Assembly: GCA_973895155.1 (NCBI GenBank)
Contig: OZ316895.1
Location: 11,699,819 to 11,763,818, forward strand
Direction of reading: 5' to 3'
Source of the DNA: Marsupella aquatica
Lineage: Eukaryota; Plantae; Marchantiophyta
DNA: 64,000 nucleotides
Below, piece by piece: positions 51,080-63,117 of the stretch (the first letter of the stretch is position 1; each line of letters begins with the position of its first letter). Made by a program: the position numbers and the translations under genes. The notes beneath the pieces were generated by a model, which worked only from the letters and a program-made list of their open reading frames with translations, had not been told where the DNA came from and made no database searches.

Positions 51080-51253
51080 TGTACTTCGTGGTTGATGCTC
51101 ATTGTATTGTGCTGCTACACAATCCCAGAAAGTGAGGTTTCTCTGTCCAGCCCCAACAATTGGATCTTGTGATATGTGCATCCATGAGCAGCAAAGCTGC
51201 TTCAATTCTGTAGATGCAAAGTTCTGGCCTCGAGATTTTCCAATTTCTGCCAT
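51080..51253 (-). pseudogene. Truncated Harbinger ORF1 (Myb/SANT-like DNA-binding protein) N-terminus
   Basis: MAEIGKSRGQNFASTELKQLCCSWMHISQDPIVGAGQRNLTFWDCV matches the NF..E...LC..W..IS.DP.VG..Q....FW signature. Confidence 0.8.
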
Positions 51254-51477
51254 TTTGCAGAGTACCTGACAAAAACACTCTCACACTTGACAGCAAGGAA
51301 AGCCACAAACGCCCAAACAAATCATTGTACACAGTTCAAGTAAAACAAAACATCCAATGCGCGAGGAAGTGAACATATGGATGAATAGCGTGCATCGGAT
51401 CTTCGCAGGAGCGTGACTAGCAATCATTGATTTTGAATGGCAAGGTTGAACCGGCCTGGATGGCACTCGCTTGTTGA

Positions 51478-51812
51478 TGTTGGGTATTTACTCTTACATC
51501 TAGGTTGGGTATAACTACGTGATTAGGTACAACAATGTGGTTAGGTTAACTAAGTTGCACACTATATCATAAGAGGCACGTGTGCTTGGAGATGAAGAAC
51601 CAAGGCTCATTGTTATGGAGCCACTTGAGAGATAGGGAGAGCTTACACTGTGGAGACTCGGTATAGCCGACGGGCTTAGAGTTCAGTAAAGCTCTCTTGT
51701 GTCTTCCTGTGGACGTAGCCTTAAGGAGGTGAACCACGTATCTCTTGTGTCGACTACTTGCATGTTGGATATGTCATGTGCTTACCGTTGCGATTATCGT
51801 CTATACTCATCA
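51478..51812 (+). mobile_element. Solo LTR (Copia-like) nested in the Harbinger element
   Basis: Perfect 5-bp TSD GTTGA (51473-51477 and 51813-51817), termini TGTTGGGTA...TACTCATCA, internal GTGGACGTAGCC..GGTGAACCACGTA. Confidence 0.88.
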
Positions 51813-52329
51813 GTTGAGCCTAGAAGTGGCGGGCCGGGATTCAATTTTTGCGGGCCTGAAAGATACAGGTACATATGGCAGGGTCCAGTGGGGTATGAAA
51901 TTTGGGTTTTTCAGGGATGAAAGTGGATTTTGGTGACAGGCCCGTCACTTTTCAGGACGGGTGGGAATGCTCTTAATTGCCAAATCTAATAGTTCTCCTC
52001 AAATTGAAATCAAATGGCTCGCATTTATGCATCATAAACGTAATGAGATAAAATACTTTGCAAAAGAGCAAAGTCATGACATAAAATATTTTGCAAAGGA
52101 GCAAAGTCTGAAGTGGGAATATGACTTGATTCTTGGATGAACCAACATTATCTCGGCATTACCCATCTACACATTCAGACAGTATTAAATGGAGATTGTG
52201 GCCTGAGTGCGAATCTAGTTCAAAGTAACACAACGCATCCATGACAAGGTAGCACCAGAAAAATGCCTGAGAAGATTACTCCATCATTACACAACCTTCC
52301 CAAAGGGTTTTTAAAAGCTTTTAGGACTA

Positions 52330-54070
52330 TATTATATAGATATATCAAACAAAAATCCCCCAAGGACATTCAAGTAACTTGTCTTGTAGTGTCATCAGGA
52401 CCCAGGAAGTTTCTAGGTCTATCATGAATGTCTTTCTCTCTAGTAAGAATATGTTTGTTTCGCCCACCAGGTTTCATGGATTCTGAGAACCACAATTGTC
52501 CAGCTTACTCTTTCTATCCTAATCTCTTTTCGTAGTGACCTACTGCAAATCCATCCATGTTGTCCTGCTTATCTAATTCAAATAAATGTAGTGGTCCTTC
52601 GTCACACAGTACTAGGGGTTGCTCTCCATATCAGTCATCATTGTTAAGGGAATGAGCACTTTCCACAATCTCCCAGGGTTTTGAAACCACATTGAGTTGT
52701 CCAATTGCTTCCCTTAGCTGGTTCCGTCTCACCTCTGAAATGCTAACATCTAGCATCGCTTTTAGATGTTTTTACGTTTGTCGCAAGACAACCAACCCTA
52801 GGAAGTGACCCAAGAAGAGAGAATAGGTTGCACAACCCACCATGGGAAGTGACCAAGGAGCGAAGAACAGTTTGCAACATTTCTCTCTTTCCATATACTA
52901 GAGCACATCTCAGAAATCAGGACTATCAGTCCAGGTTTCCTCTTATGTCTCTTAAGCGCAAACTAGATAACATCGTGCAAAGAGCCAACACTAATCTTCA
53001 TCGCATTGGATCCTTGCAGCAGGTCCCAAAGCTCTCTCCATTTGGCCTCAATCTTGTTGCAGCTCAAGAACACCTGTACAGTGTTTTCAAATTGCACCTT
53101 GCACCGGGTGTACGTAGATACCCTCTGAAACACCCGACTTGTTTGCCCTGGTATTGGTAAAGAAGCCGTGGTCGATAACCTCTAAAAGCTAGACTTCCAA
53201 GGATCAGCTAATTTTACTCCGCAACGGTTTCTACCCTTGTATTTAGAATATATTAAAAGTCAAGCACATTCTAATTCACACGTCAAATCCGCAACCAGTT
53301 GTCACATCCCAATAGATATATGCGATGTCCATTCGTTGTAAAACCATTAGTTGATTGTGGGGTTGATTGTTTGTTTGCAAGAAACAAAATAGCTTGAGTA
53401 TTGCTCACTAGAATAGCTCTTATTTTGTTTCCATGAAATGTGGGAGAAGCCACCAGAACTGAGCGTCCCACCAAGTCTCCCATTGTTGTTGTACAACGTG
53501 TCCCAAATCTTGGACATGTAGGAAAAGCTGACAATAACACTGGCCAGTGTCTCATCAGTCTCATGTGGGTTATGTTCTGACTAGCAGACCTAAACAATTT
53601 TGGAGGAACTCAAAACTCCACCAAAGCTATCAACCGAGAGCTTAAACTACTCTAGTCCTAGGCCTGCCCAGCCGCATTCACAATCTTTAATTACTAGCAC
53701 CTCTTCTACAATTTATGTACGAGTCAAGTTTTCCTTGGATGCTGATAGGATTGAGAGAAACAACTAAGTACTTACTTCTAGTGGCTTCCACTTTGGTGCT
53801 ATGCATCTCCGAAAGCTGTTCTAGAGTGACAGGAGCCCAACTATCATCTTTCAAAACAAATGGAATTTGCTTAGCGGTATCCACAAAGAGACTGAATGCC
53901 AAATCCATACACCTTGTCATAAACCTGTCAACCCTCACCTGCAACCTGCCCAACTTTAGCGTGAACTATATATCATTATGATGAGCAAAAACTTCCACAA
54001 TCTCCTCCAAACTCATGTTCCCAAAATCATTGTTCTCTGTCCCCTAGATGATGGCCACCGCAAATTGCTA
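52330..54070 (-). mobile_element. Degenerate LINE (L1) ORF2 3' remnant
   Basis: Minus-strand translation around 53190-52870: VIDHGFFTNTRANKSGVSEGI..TRCKVQFENTVQVFLSCNKIEAKWRELW..ISEMCSSIWKERN (zf-RVT region and IWKERN motif), with stops and frameshifts. Boundaries approximate. Confidence 0.75.
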
Positions 54071-55138
54071 ATATGCAGTAATTTAAATCCTCGCTAACCG
54101 GTTACCCTCAGATAGTTGATATTCTTTGGAACCAGGCTGCACCACTAATGCCCTGGGTACTGCCTGGTTTGTTCAACTGCCATCCAATTCTCTCGTTGGC
54201 AAGCACCTCAGAGGAGAAGACACATTTATTCAAATACCACTGAGTGATTTTTCCCCCTCTTTTAAAAAACATAATAAAAATTTGCATTTGCTGCCAGTTT
54301 TGGAATATGTTAGCCTCTAAGATTCCTGATGTCGTATGCTAACAAAACTAATGCACATTCAGTATATCACAATGGTACTTCAAATCCGTGAATTAAGAAT
54401 GTTGCTACTTCTTAACACATAGATTTTTTTTTCTTAATTACATGCAATACTTGTCTTCAAAGATAAGTCTTTCAGATAAAATACAAAAATCGACAACATA
54501 TGTTATAGTTTGAATTAGGCACCAATCAACGGATCTTCTAATTATACAAACAACAAGTTGTGTTTTTATGGGTTTTACTTCTTATGACAATTGCAACATA
54601 CATTGCTATACGAAGGAGGGGTAGACTCCTAGCACAAGTAATCAAATTTCAAGGCATACAAATCTTCCTTGCAAAAATGCATTACAAATACAAAGGACAA
54701 ACTCCAAGATGAGGAGATGCAAATAACTATCCACTATGTCTCAAAATGAGACTGACATCACAATAAGTAAATAAAATTGTCCACTAGCTAAGGAGAATGA
54801 AGAGACATGCCTCTTCATTTCCAAAGTCTAAACTAAGTGAAATAAAAGTCAACTTTGACTAAGGGGTAGTCAAGTAGGCAACACTAGAATAAGCTAAGTA
54901 AAAGGTTTACAAAGTAAAGTACTAATCTCATAGTGTAATAGGAGGGGGTCAACTACAAGTAAAGGAAGACGAGCTACAAAACCAAGGGCTATCTGTTGAC
55001 AAAAAAAGCCCTCACGACAACGAATAAGTCGTGGCTCACTGGTCTTCCGGATGGGACGTCCATCCGGTCCGATCCAAACAAGTAATCTGATGGTCATGGA
55101 ATGTCTAGGGCGGGAAGAGGGAAATGTGCAATGACCTT

Positions 55139-55900
55139 TCAATGATAAACCCAACTCCACAAGTCAGGAGTCTCAATCTTTGGCAGTCGCAACTTGTCGA
55201 TAGGAACCCACAGAATACCATGAGAAACCGGAACCATGTTGTAGGTATATGGAAAAGGAAAAGACTCATGCCCAAACATAAGTGGAGGAAAAGGAGGTGC
55301 AAGAGGAATGCGTGCGTCAATGAGTGACATGATCATCCTAGCATACTCGAAGGAAAAAACAAAAAGTGGCTCAATATCGGCAATAGAAGAGACAATAGGA
55401 GGCTGAGACATCAAGGGTGTAGGAGCTACAAATGGTACACTAGGAGGCTCTACAATCTTAGGCTCAGTCTCGAGAATAGGCTCAGGAATGGGTTCATTTT
55501 CTTCCCTGGTAGGAGAAGGAAATAAAACATCAGGGTGTGGTAGAGTGGTATCCTTGATGGGAGAGAATGGAACTGGAGTGGGTATTGGTGAAGGGGGTAA
55601 AGGCTCAAGGGTAGGAGATGGAGGGTGCTCAGGTGTAGATGTAGGAGGGATAGGTGAATCAACAATGGGAGAAGGAATGGGATCGGGTAGAGGGGGTGTA
55701 GGTGTGGATGGAAGAGGGAGTGAAAGAACAATGGTAGGTATTTCGGCTCATCCACATCCATACAGTGGTGAAGGTGCAGGGGGTGAAACATGAGGAAGTG
55801 GGGTGGAACGAGACTCAAAAATCAAAGCACGAATACAATCAAGTAACTGCATGGGAGTATAATTCAAGAGTCTAGTGGCCTCATCTACCAAATGTTGGTT
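55139..55900 (-). other. Degenerate proline-rich reading frame, probably retroelement-derived
   Basis: Minus-strand frame reads ..PLPSTPTPPLPDPIPSPIVDSPIPPTSTPEHPPSPTLEPLPPSPIPTP..EPIPEPILETEPKIVEPP..; interrupted by a stop, no recognisable domain. Confidence 0.35.
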
Positions 55901-57677
55901 GAAACACTAGAAGAAAACCACCCATTCTGAGACCCTCCCCTATGTGACTTGTGCGAGACCTTCATAAATATGCGACTCCAAGTTTGTGGGTGTCATGTTA
56001 GTTACATCATACCAACTAAGTTTTGGTGAGGTTGTGGGAAGTCATGCTTACAACTTTATCCAATGTCGCTATTGTAACACTAGTAAGTAAGAAATAGGTA
56101 AGTTATGTTAGTTACTCCACAATAGTGCAATATGAATTGGACATCATTTTTTAAAATTCCGTCAGCATGCATACCCCATTAGCCAATTTCGGATGCCAAT
56201 CCCTAATATGCAACTCCCGGTGCAACTACATATTGCACACTCATGGTTCAATAAGTCCAAATATAATGGGTATAAATATGGGGGTTTTCATCAGAATGGT
56301 GGGTACTTTCACTTATAATGTGGATTCATACCTGACTATATTTGGCCTTGTTCTTGACCAAAGTGCACTCTCCCCACATTGAACTTTTTGCTAAGTCATT
56401 TGCATTGGTTCTTTTATGTCCAAACCAACCTGTTTGCTAAGTCACTCGATGGCTGCCCACATGTGAGGGGTACTACTTTCCCTCAGGGTCAGTGTACCTT
56501 GGAGGTTGGTTTTGCGAGAGATTTTGGGGGTACTACTTGCCCTAAGTGTTCAGGGTCAGTGTGCCGCAGAGGTTGGTTTTGCGAGGGAAATTGGGAGTCG
56601 ACGACCTTCATTCCAGCTGCACTCTTCGCGAACTTCCTGCAGGGTCGTTTGAAAGTGTTTGAGCGCGACTGGACTTTAGGGTGCAAATGTGTTTAGGATT
56701 GGGCCTGCTACGAGCGTCAGTGTGGAGGTCTGCCAATCAGTTTTGAGGGGAGTCCATTGTCGCTTTTCAACCTGCTGGTGAGCTAAGCTGCTATTGAGTT
56801 TCAAGTGAGAGCTGCCGACTTGGAGTTGAGCTCTACGAGGTGGTGCCTGAGTGTACATCTGCTCGACATACTTTTGGGAGCTCGTAGTTGGTAGGAGGGC
56901 CAAGTCATTGCACAAAAAGTTGCAGCCGTGACAGTGCAAACTAGCTAGGCGGAGGCTGGTTACTGCAAGCAAGGCGGAGGATCACTGCGAGCTAGGTGGA
57001 GGAATGCTGCGCTGCTTCACATTGTGAAGAGACATGCTGCATCGGCCCAAGTAAGGTTGCATTGACCTATCTATCTCTATGTCTATAAGGTCCTAACCGA
57101 TAGTCTGCTTAGTGAGGTCCTGCTTTAAGCTACATTTGTGCGATTGATTGTGTCCTCAGAAGCTTAACCATCACATGGGGGAACGGTAGCGAGAAAGGAG
57201 GGGTGGAGCCTGATGGTCGCCAAATATTCAAACAGGGTCGCCTTGCTCGATATTGGTCTCATTGTTTTTTGCTACGGTGTGAAGGCGGCGGAGCTTCTAG
57301 TCTGACCTTTGAGTGACTTGCGGTGAGCTTCTAGTGTGGCTATTGAGGTCGACTGACCTGCATTGACCGAGCTGATCAACCTACTGAGCTGCCATTGGGA
57401 GTTGGAGGTTGTGTTGCGTTCAATTTTGGAGTCGGGAGGCTAAATGCGATAGCTCTGTTCCGGGCTCTGTTTAGCTAATGCAGACGTTTCTGCTCAGGAG
57501 ACGAGGTAAAATCTATCGACCTTCAAGCTGTTGTGAGGTTCATTGAAGAGGGAGGTTGAATGCCTAGCGCTATGAGGTGAGGAAAGAGAGTATGGCCAAG
57601 CTGCATCTTTAGGGGTTTTGCTTCAGCTTTGACCATCTTTCATCGTCGTAATCGCTGCTCTCGCCTATCGCTACATG

Positions 57678-58723
57678 GCGGATTGCTGCTCTGCCCTTTT
57701 GGCATGGGTCGCCGGCCTGCTGGATGCTATCTCCAGTTTAAAAACAAGTCATATCCTAAGTCCCGGTGTTGCAGTAGTGTCCCCGACTCTAAGATGGAAC
57801 AGAGTATCATCTTTCTTGTTTCCTGCTGCTGCTGATGTATGTCTATTCTCCCCTATTTTTGCTTACTGATTGGTCTCTCCACGCTTCTTGCTTGACTTGC
57901 TGCTTCCTTCAATCCCCTATCGCGGACTCACCTCGTGGCTGCAAGTATAGTTGTCTAGGTGATGTATGCATTGCGTGTTTAGGGTCTAGGTGACATCGCT
58001 GCTGAGCAAAATTCGCGAGCTGCCTAGGTCCATTGCCGAATGCTGCTTCCTTCAATCGCCAGGTGCCTGCTGTTACAATTGCCTACTCAATCATGCACCC
58101 AATCTCCTGGAGCTCATTCGCCTAGAGCTTCATCCGTCAGATTCAAACTATTATTGGACCTCCCTGTTGCCCGAAGTGTATACACTCCTAGCATTGTCGT
58201 CCCAAACTGCAAAACGCTTCTCCCTGTTCTGTCCTCGTGCTTCACTATTTGTATTCAGGTGTTTTTATCAGTTTCAGAGGGGAGGTCATTGTTTCTGCAA
58301 GTTGTTGGTGAGCTAAGCTTCCGCTGTGTGTAGGTTTAGGGAGTTGCGCGTGCGAGCTAACGACTTGGACCTGAGGCCACAATCTTTTAGGGAGCTTGGA
58401 GTGGAAGCCGACAACTTGGAGCGGGACTTCAACTTGCTATTACTAGCTACCTTGGACAAAGGTGACAGTCAGTAGCGCAAAGGTGAGACTCGGTAGTTTT
58501 AGCGGATTGTTGCTCTGCCCTTTTGCCATGGGTCGCCGGCCTGCCGGATGCTACTAGCAGATTAAGAACAACTCATATCCTAAGTCCCGGTGTTGCAGTG
58601 GTGTCCCCGACCCTAAGATGCCACCCAAAATCATCTTTCTTGTTTCCTGCTGCTGCTGATCATGTATGTATGTTCTCCCCTATTTTTGCTTACTGATTGG
58701 TCTCTCCACATTTCTTGCTTGAC
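57678..58723 (+). repeat. ~220-bp direct repeat pair
   Basis: 57678-57896 and 58502-58723 share GCGGATTG.TGCTCTGCCCTTTTG..TCATATCCTAAGTCCCGGTGTTGCAGT..TCATCTTTCTTGTTTCCTGCTGCTGCTGAT..TTCTTGCTTGAC with scattered differences. Confidence 0.9.
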
Positions 58724-60562
58724 ATGACTGTTTTGCTCCTCCCTGTATCAGAACATGCCTTGTGCCCCGTGCTCTGGCAATGGGGTGGGGGGCTGAACAG
58801 ACGGCCTTAAGGTCCACTAAATTTATAGGAACCGTGCAATCGTTCAGCTGATTTTAGCAGCAAGTTCCCTTGCTTTCCCCTATTTTTGCTAAGATCCCTC
58901 CCCACTAATCACATGCATCCTTTACTTTTCTCGGTGGCCCGTGCACCTGCCTTCCTACTTTCGTTCTTATGGACTTTCCTTAGGTTTTCTTTCACCTGAT
59001 TTTGGACTTTTTGCTCCGGTGGAATCTGTCTTGACAACTTGTGTTTGTTCTAATTGTTAATATCTCAAGAGGGTCGTCAACTAAGCTCACAGGAGTCAAA
59101 GCTAACTACAAGCTAGCAAATAGGGAGAATGCTCCCAAGTCGAGTCAGGAGGAAGTTACTAAAACTAGACCTTCAGAACTCTCGAAACTGGAAAGTGAAA
59201 TTCAGCCTGAGACACGCAGCTGAAGGCCACAAGGATAACTATATGGCCACGCTGTCCCTCATTCAAGTCCAAAGTCCTCTTCAGATTGTCTGAACTCCTA
59301 TCTGAACTCCTGAACTGGATGAAGTCCTGTCTGAATGTGAAGTTCAGATTGGCAATCTCAAATGGCAAGTTCTGAACTCTTGTCTGAACTTCATCCACCC
59401 TTCTAAACTGGGATTTGTGCTACGTGTATAGACTCCACATTGTTGCTTCTCCCTTTCGGGCCAGCCCTCCTTGTGAAACGTAGGAGCACGATCATGGCAC
59501 TTACACATAGTCTGACATTCAAAAAATGTTACTTCTCAGCAGCATGTTTCGAGTAGTTTGCCTGTGTGTTGAGCCCGGGGTTGAGCCTAATTATTTGTTT
59601 ATTGCTTTAGTAACATGCATGGCCAATTGGTTTCTCTTCATGTAAAGGCAAGTTTTTGAAACTTACTACTTGAATTGGTGGTTTGAATTTAGTTAAGTGT
59701 TGAGAAATTAGCATTCACACTAACTATTTTTCTTTTGTGATTGAGTTCTCTTTGCTATTGAATGTATTGAATAATTATTTCATCACAGAAATTTTCAGAA
59801 CAAACACGGAAGCACCAGGGGGCTGAGGATTGGATATTGAGGCTGAAGACATTGAGGTAATAAACTGGGTGTGGTTCGGGTGACAATGTTAGCAACTGGT
59901 GCTTCTTCAGGGGAACTTCCCATGTGCAAAATATCCACACATGATTGACTTTGGTTCTTGCTGTTTTTCTTTTGGTGTACTCTTCAGTTTGGTGTCACTC
60001 TATCCTTTCTTGTAGCCTCGAAATAGGAACACACCTGCTTAGTGGTCCCCAATTGCCCAATGATTTATAATGACTGTGTCTAGGCGATGTATGCATTGCG
60101 TGTTCATTCCAGAAGAATGAATATGTACACTTTGCACAAACCTGGACAGATTTTGAATGTTATTTATCTGAGTTTCTGTTTGTGAGCTCTGACTTGGAGC
60201 CTTAACATTTGTGTTTTTGTGGGGCTGAGCAGAGTTTGTTCCGTCCAGAAGCTGCTGTACTGAAGTGATCGGCCTCCGGCTTGGAGGTGAATCTTCAATT
60301 TTTTGTGGATCCGAGTGACTTCTGTCCAGCTGAGTTTTGCTTTGTCGGGACGATTGTGTTTGGCTAAGATGCTAGATTGTGGCTTGTCTTCTTGCTTCCA
60401 GCTTGTGTATATTCAATTAATAGAAGTTGGGAACGAGGTGATAATTGAATTTCCTTATATTAAGCATCTTGACCTAGAAACTCAATACATAAACTCCTGG
60501 AGTCCCTCGGGACATAAAATGAGCCAAATTGTTTCAAAATTGGGAACCTACACCCGCACTAC

Positions 60563-60902
60563 TCAAACAAATGTGTTGGGCTTGGTGGCCTTGTAAGTCG
60601 TCTTTAGCTTTCGCGATGGAGGTTGAATCTTGCGGTACGTCAAGGGGAACTTGATCTTTGAATCATGGAACTGCTTGGTACTTTCTCGCTTGCACAGAGA
60701 GACAGGGACTGTCGTAGTCTTGATGATCTGGATGCAAGGGAACCGAACTCTATGACAAGAAGCCATCTCATCATACATCTGCTGTGTGGTTGTTTAATGT
60801 GGTATCACAATATTTCTTGTACATGTTGGGATAACCTGTACAACTCTGATACCTCACCCAGATACCAAAGTTCTTAATTGTGGTGGGCTTCTTTTCGAAG
60901 AT
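60563..60902 (-). pseudogene. RPL18a: Isolated last exon of 60S ribosomal protein L18a (eL20), frameshifted
   Basis: After an acceptor (..TCTACCAG): [37 protein letters not shown], a 2-nt deletion near 60785, then [72 protein letters not shown]-stop. Confidence 0.93.
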
Positions 60903-61897
60903 CTGGTAGACACATTATTCAGCATTTGCTAACTTCGAAACTAGAAGGGTAACACATTAAACAACAGAGAAACTCACAACATCCTCCTTTGGTCCTTCAG
61001 AGTCTGTACTTTGATTATGAAGTTTGATTGAGTTTCTGTTTACTGAAAGAATGTGACTGTGTAAGAGTTCCGTTTGGCAGTGGATTGGTTGAAGCACTTC
61101 ATGCTAGTGTGTTGTCCACAGCTCTTCAACCAGCTTTCGTCTTCCTTGTCTTTCACCACTTACGATGACATCAATTCAGCTAAGACCATAGAAGGTTCCA
61201 AAGCATCTAACTTGTAAAATCGCATTCTGTTACATCAAGGACTAAGGTGTTGGGTGCCAAAGGAGACAGCACAACAAACACGCTGAAAAGACTTCAGGAC
61301 TGGGTTCAACAAGGTAGTGAAGGTGCTTAGAGCCATAGTAAGTATGCATTCTGTATTTTTCTCTGTTGATGTGAGCTTGTGCATAATGGGAGTTGTAGTT
61401 GGCAAGAGTTCCAAATATGAATAGATCCAGAAGTATGTGATCATGTACTTGCTCTATAAAGTTCTGAAGATATAAGCATTTTCTGTTAGACCAGGCAACT
61501 TGGGAGTTGGTAAGTGTCACCTGCATCTGAGGGGCTACACCGGGGGCATCAGTGGAGGTTCACTTGCACAACACGACAACCAGTGAATTTTCTCTCTGCT
61601 GCAACCTGCAAGGTGAGACTTTCGGTCTTTCTGGATGAAAAAACAGGATTTTAATACGATTGATATACATGTCCATCGAGAATATGGGTTTATCACCAAG
61701 CTCTTTGTCTTAGGAAACTCATAAACTCAGAATCAAATATGTACTATGCACGTTTCATGCTATGTGTATACTATGACCTGTAGTTGAGTGGGAACTGATT
61801 AGTTTAGGTGGTTGCTGTTGGCGAGGCAAGTCGACCTCCTGCTCACCTTGCTCATCAAAGGACGTGAACAGAGGACATCACAACAAAAGCAACACTT

Positions 61898-62347
61898 ATG
61901 GTGAGGACCCGCAACGCTGAACATGTGCGACTTGCACGCAAGGCAGAGATGTTGCGCCTTGAGTATGTCAGACTTGGGATCCTTCCAGCCCAGTCTGCAT
62001 GGTACTTTGAGTACCCTGTTGTTTCCAGGAACAACTACAGCCGGCCTCTACTTGCTTCAGTACCCTTCCCGACATCCTTGGTATTTGTGTCTCTTGTACA
62101 TGACCCGCCACAAATTAGGTGCCAAGGGTGTGTACACAGTTGCCAATATGACTGTCCTGCCTGTAGGGCTTCTGGCCCAGAATTGGATGACCGTTCTCTT
62201 GGATGCCGATTTTTGCATAGAGCACAATGTATCATTTGGAACCACTCGCCATCCTGCAGTGTGCCTGGTGATGTCACTTGTCCTGCCCTCCCAGACCCCA
62301 CCACCGGTGACTTTGGTGTCTACACATGTTTGGATCACATGCTCTAG
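61898..62347 (+). CDS. Small Cys/His-rich protein with a PHD-like zinc-finger pattern
   Basis: 149-aa ATG-initiated ORF: CQGC..C..CPAC-x12-C-x7-C-x4-H-x3-C-x23-CLDH, with W before the His and Y-x before the last C-x2-H. Confidence 0.45.
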   Translation: MVRTRNAEHVRLARKAEMLRLEYVRLGILPAQSAWYFEYPVVSRNNYSRPLLASVPFPTSLVFVSLVHDPPQIRCQGCVHSCQYDCPACRASGPELDDRSLGCRFLHRAQCIIWNHSPSCSVPGDVTCPALPDPTTGDFGVYTCLDHML

Positions 62348-62962
62348 AGGACCACTTGTCACACCGCATGCACAGACCAGATACCATTGACCTATAGCTT
62401 AACACTCTGACTTCAACACAGAGGATATTTACTTAAAATTTTGATGTATGAGCAATTTTGGGTCCAGGGTTTAGGGTCAACAGTATATAACTTATATCCT
62501 ATTATGCCTGCACTAAGCAAAATATCCTAATTTAAGAGGCTAGCAAACTCGCATAAAAGTCTCTATTGAAAGACTGCTTTCATGACTGCTTTAACCTGGT
62601 GAACATTGCAACGTTGAATGAATTAATGGGCCATGTGATAATATGCAAAATGATTTATGCCTCACTTATTTGTCTCAGCCACTATCATAACCTATTTAGG
62701 ATGTATAAATTTCAACCCTTATGACACTGCTTCATACCAATCCTCTTCGAAGAATGCCTGTTTTACATGTCACGACTATTGTATGTGATTCAAATGCATG
62801 AAATGTTGTTGCAGATCTCCTTTGGTGAATCATAGCCACAATTAAAATTGAGGTGTTGGTGGAGAAATTGTATTAGGGGATCAGTTTTGTGTGTGGGCTC
62901 AACATACCAAAAGTATGTGTGCTCTGCATCCTTGTGTGGCCATTCCAATTCATTGCAGTAGC

Positions 62963-63106
62963 AAATGCCTTTGTACCTTAAATGCTAAATATATTTTACT
63001 TTCTGTGCAGTCTGCTAAATTGTAGAGTCTATCTAAATGCCTTTGTACCTTAAATGCTAAATATATATTACTTTCTGTGCAGTCTGCTAAATTGTAGAGT
63101 CTATCT
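62963..63106 (+). repeat. 72-bp near-perfect tandem duplication containing a 3' splice-site-like motif
   Basis: 62963-63034 and 63035-63106; each contains GCTAAAT..TACTTTCTGTGCAG. Confidence 0.92.
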
Positions 63107-63117
63107 CATGCGCAGGC

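Larger units (their letters stand above)
50349..51972. mobile_element. PIF/Harbinger internal-deletion derivative
   Basis: TTA|GGGCATCCCCAC ... GTGGGAATGCTC|TTA (10/12 inverted match, TTA TSD on both sides), with an internal Myb/SANT-like ORF1 fragment. Confidence 0.85.
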
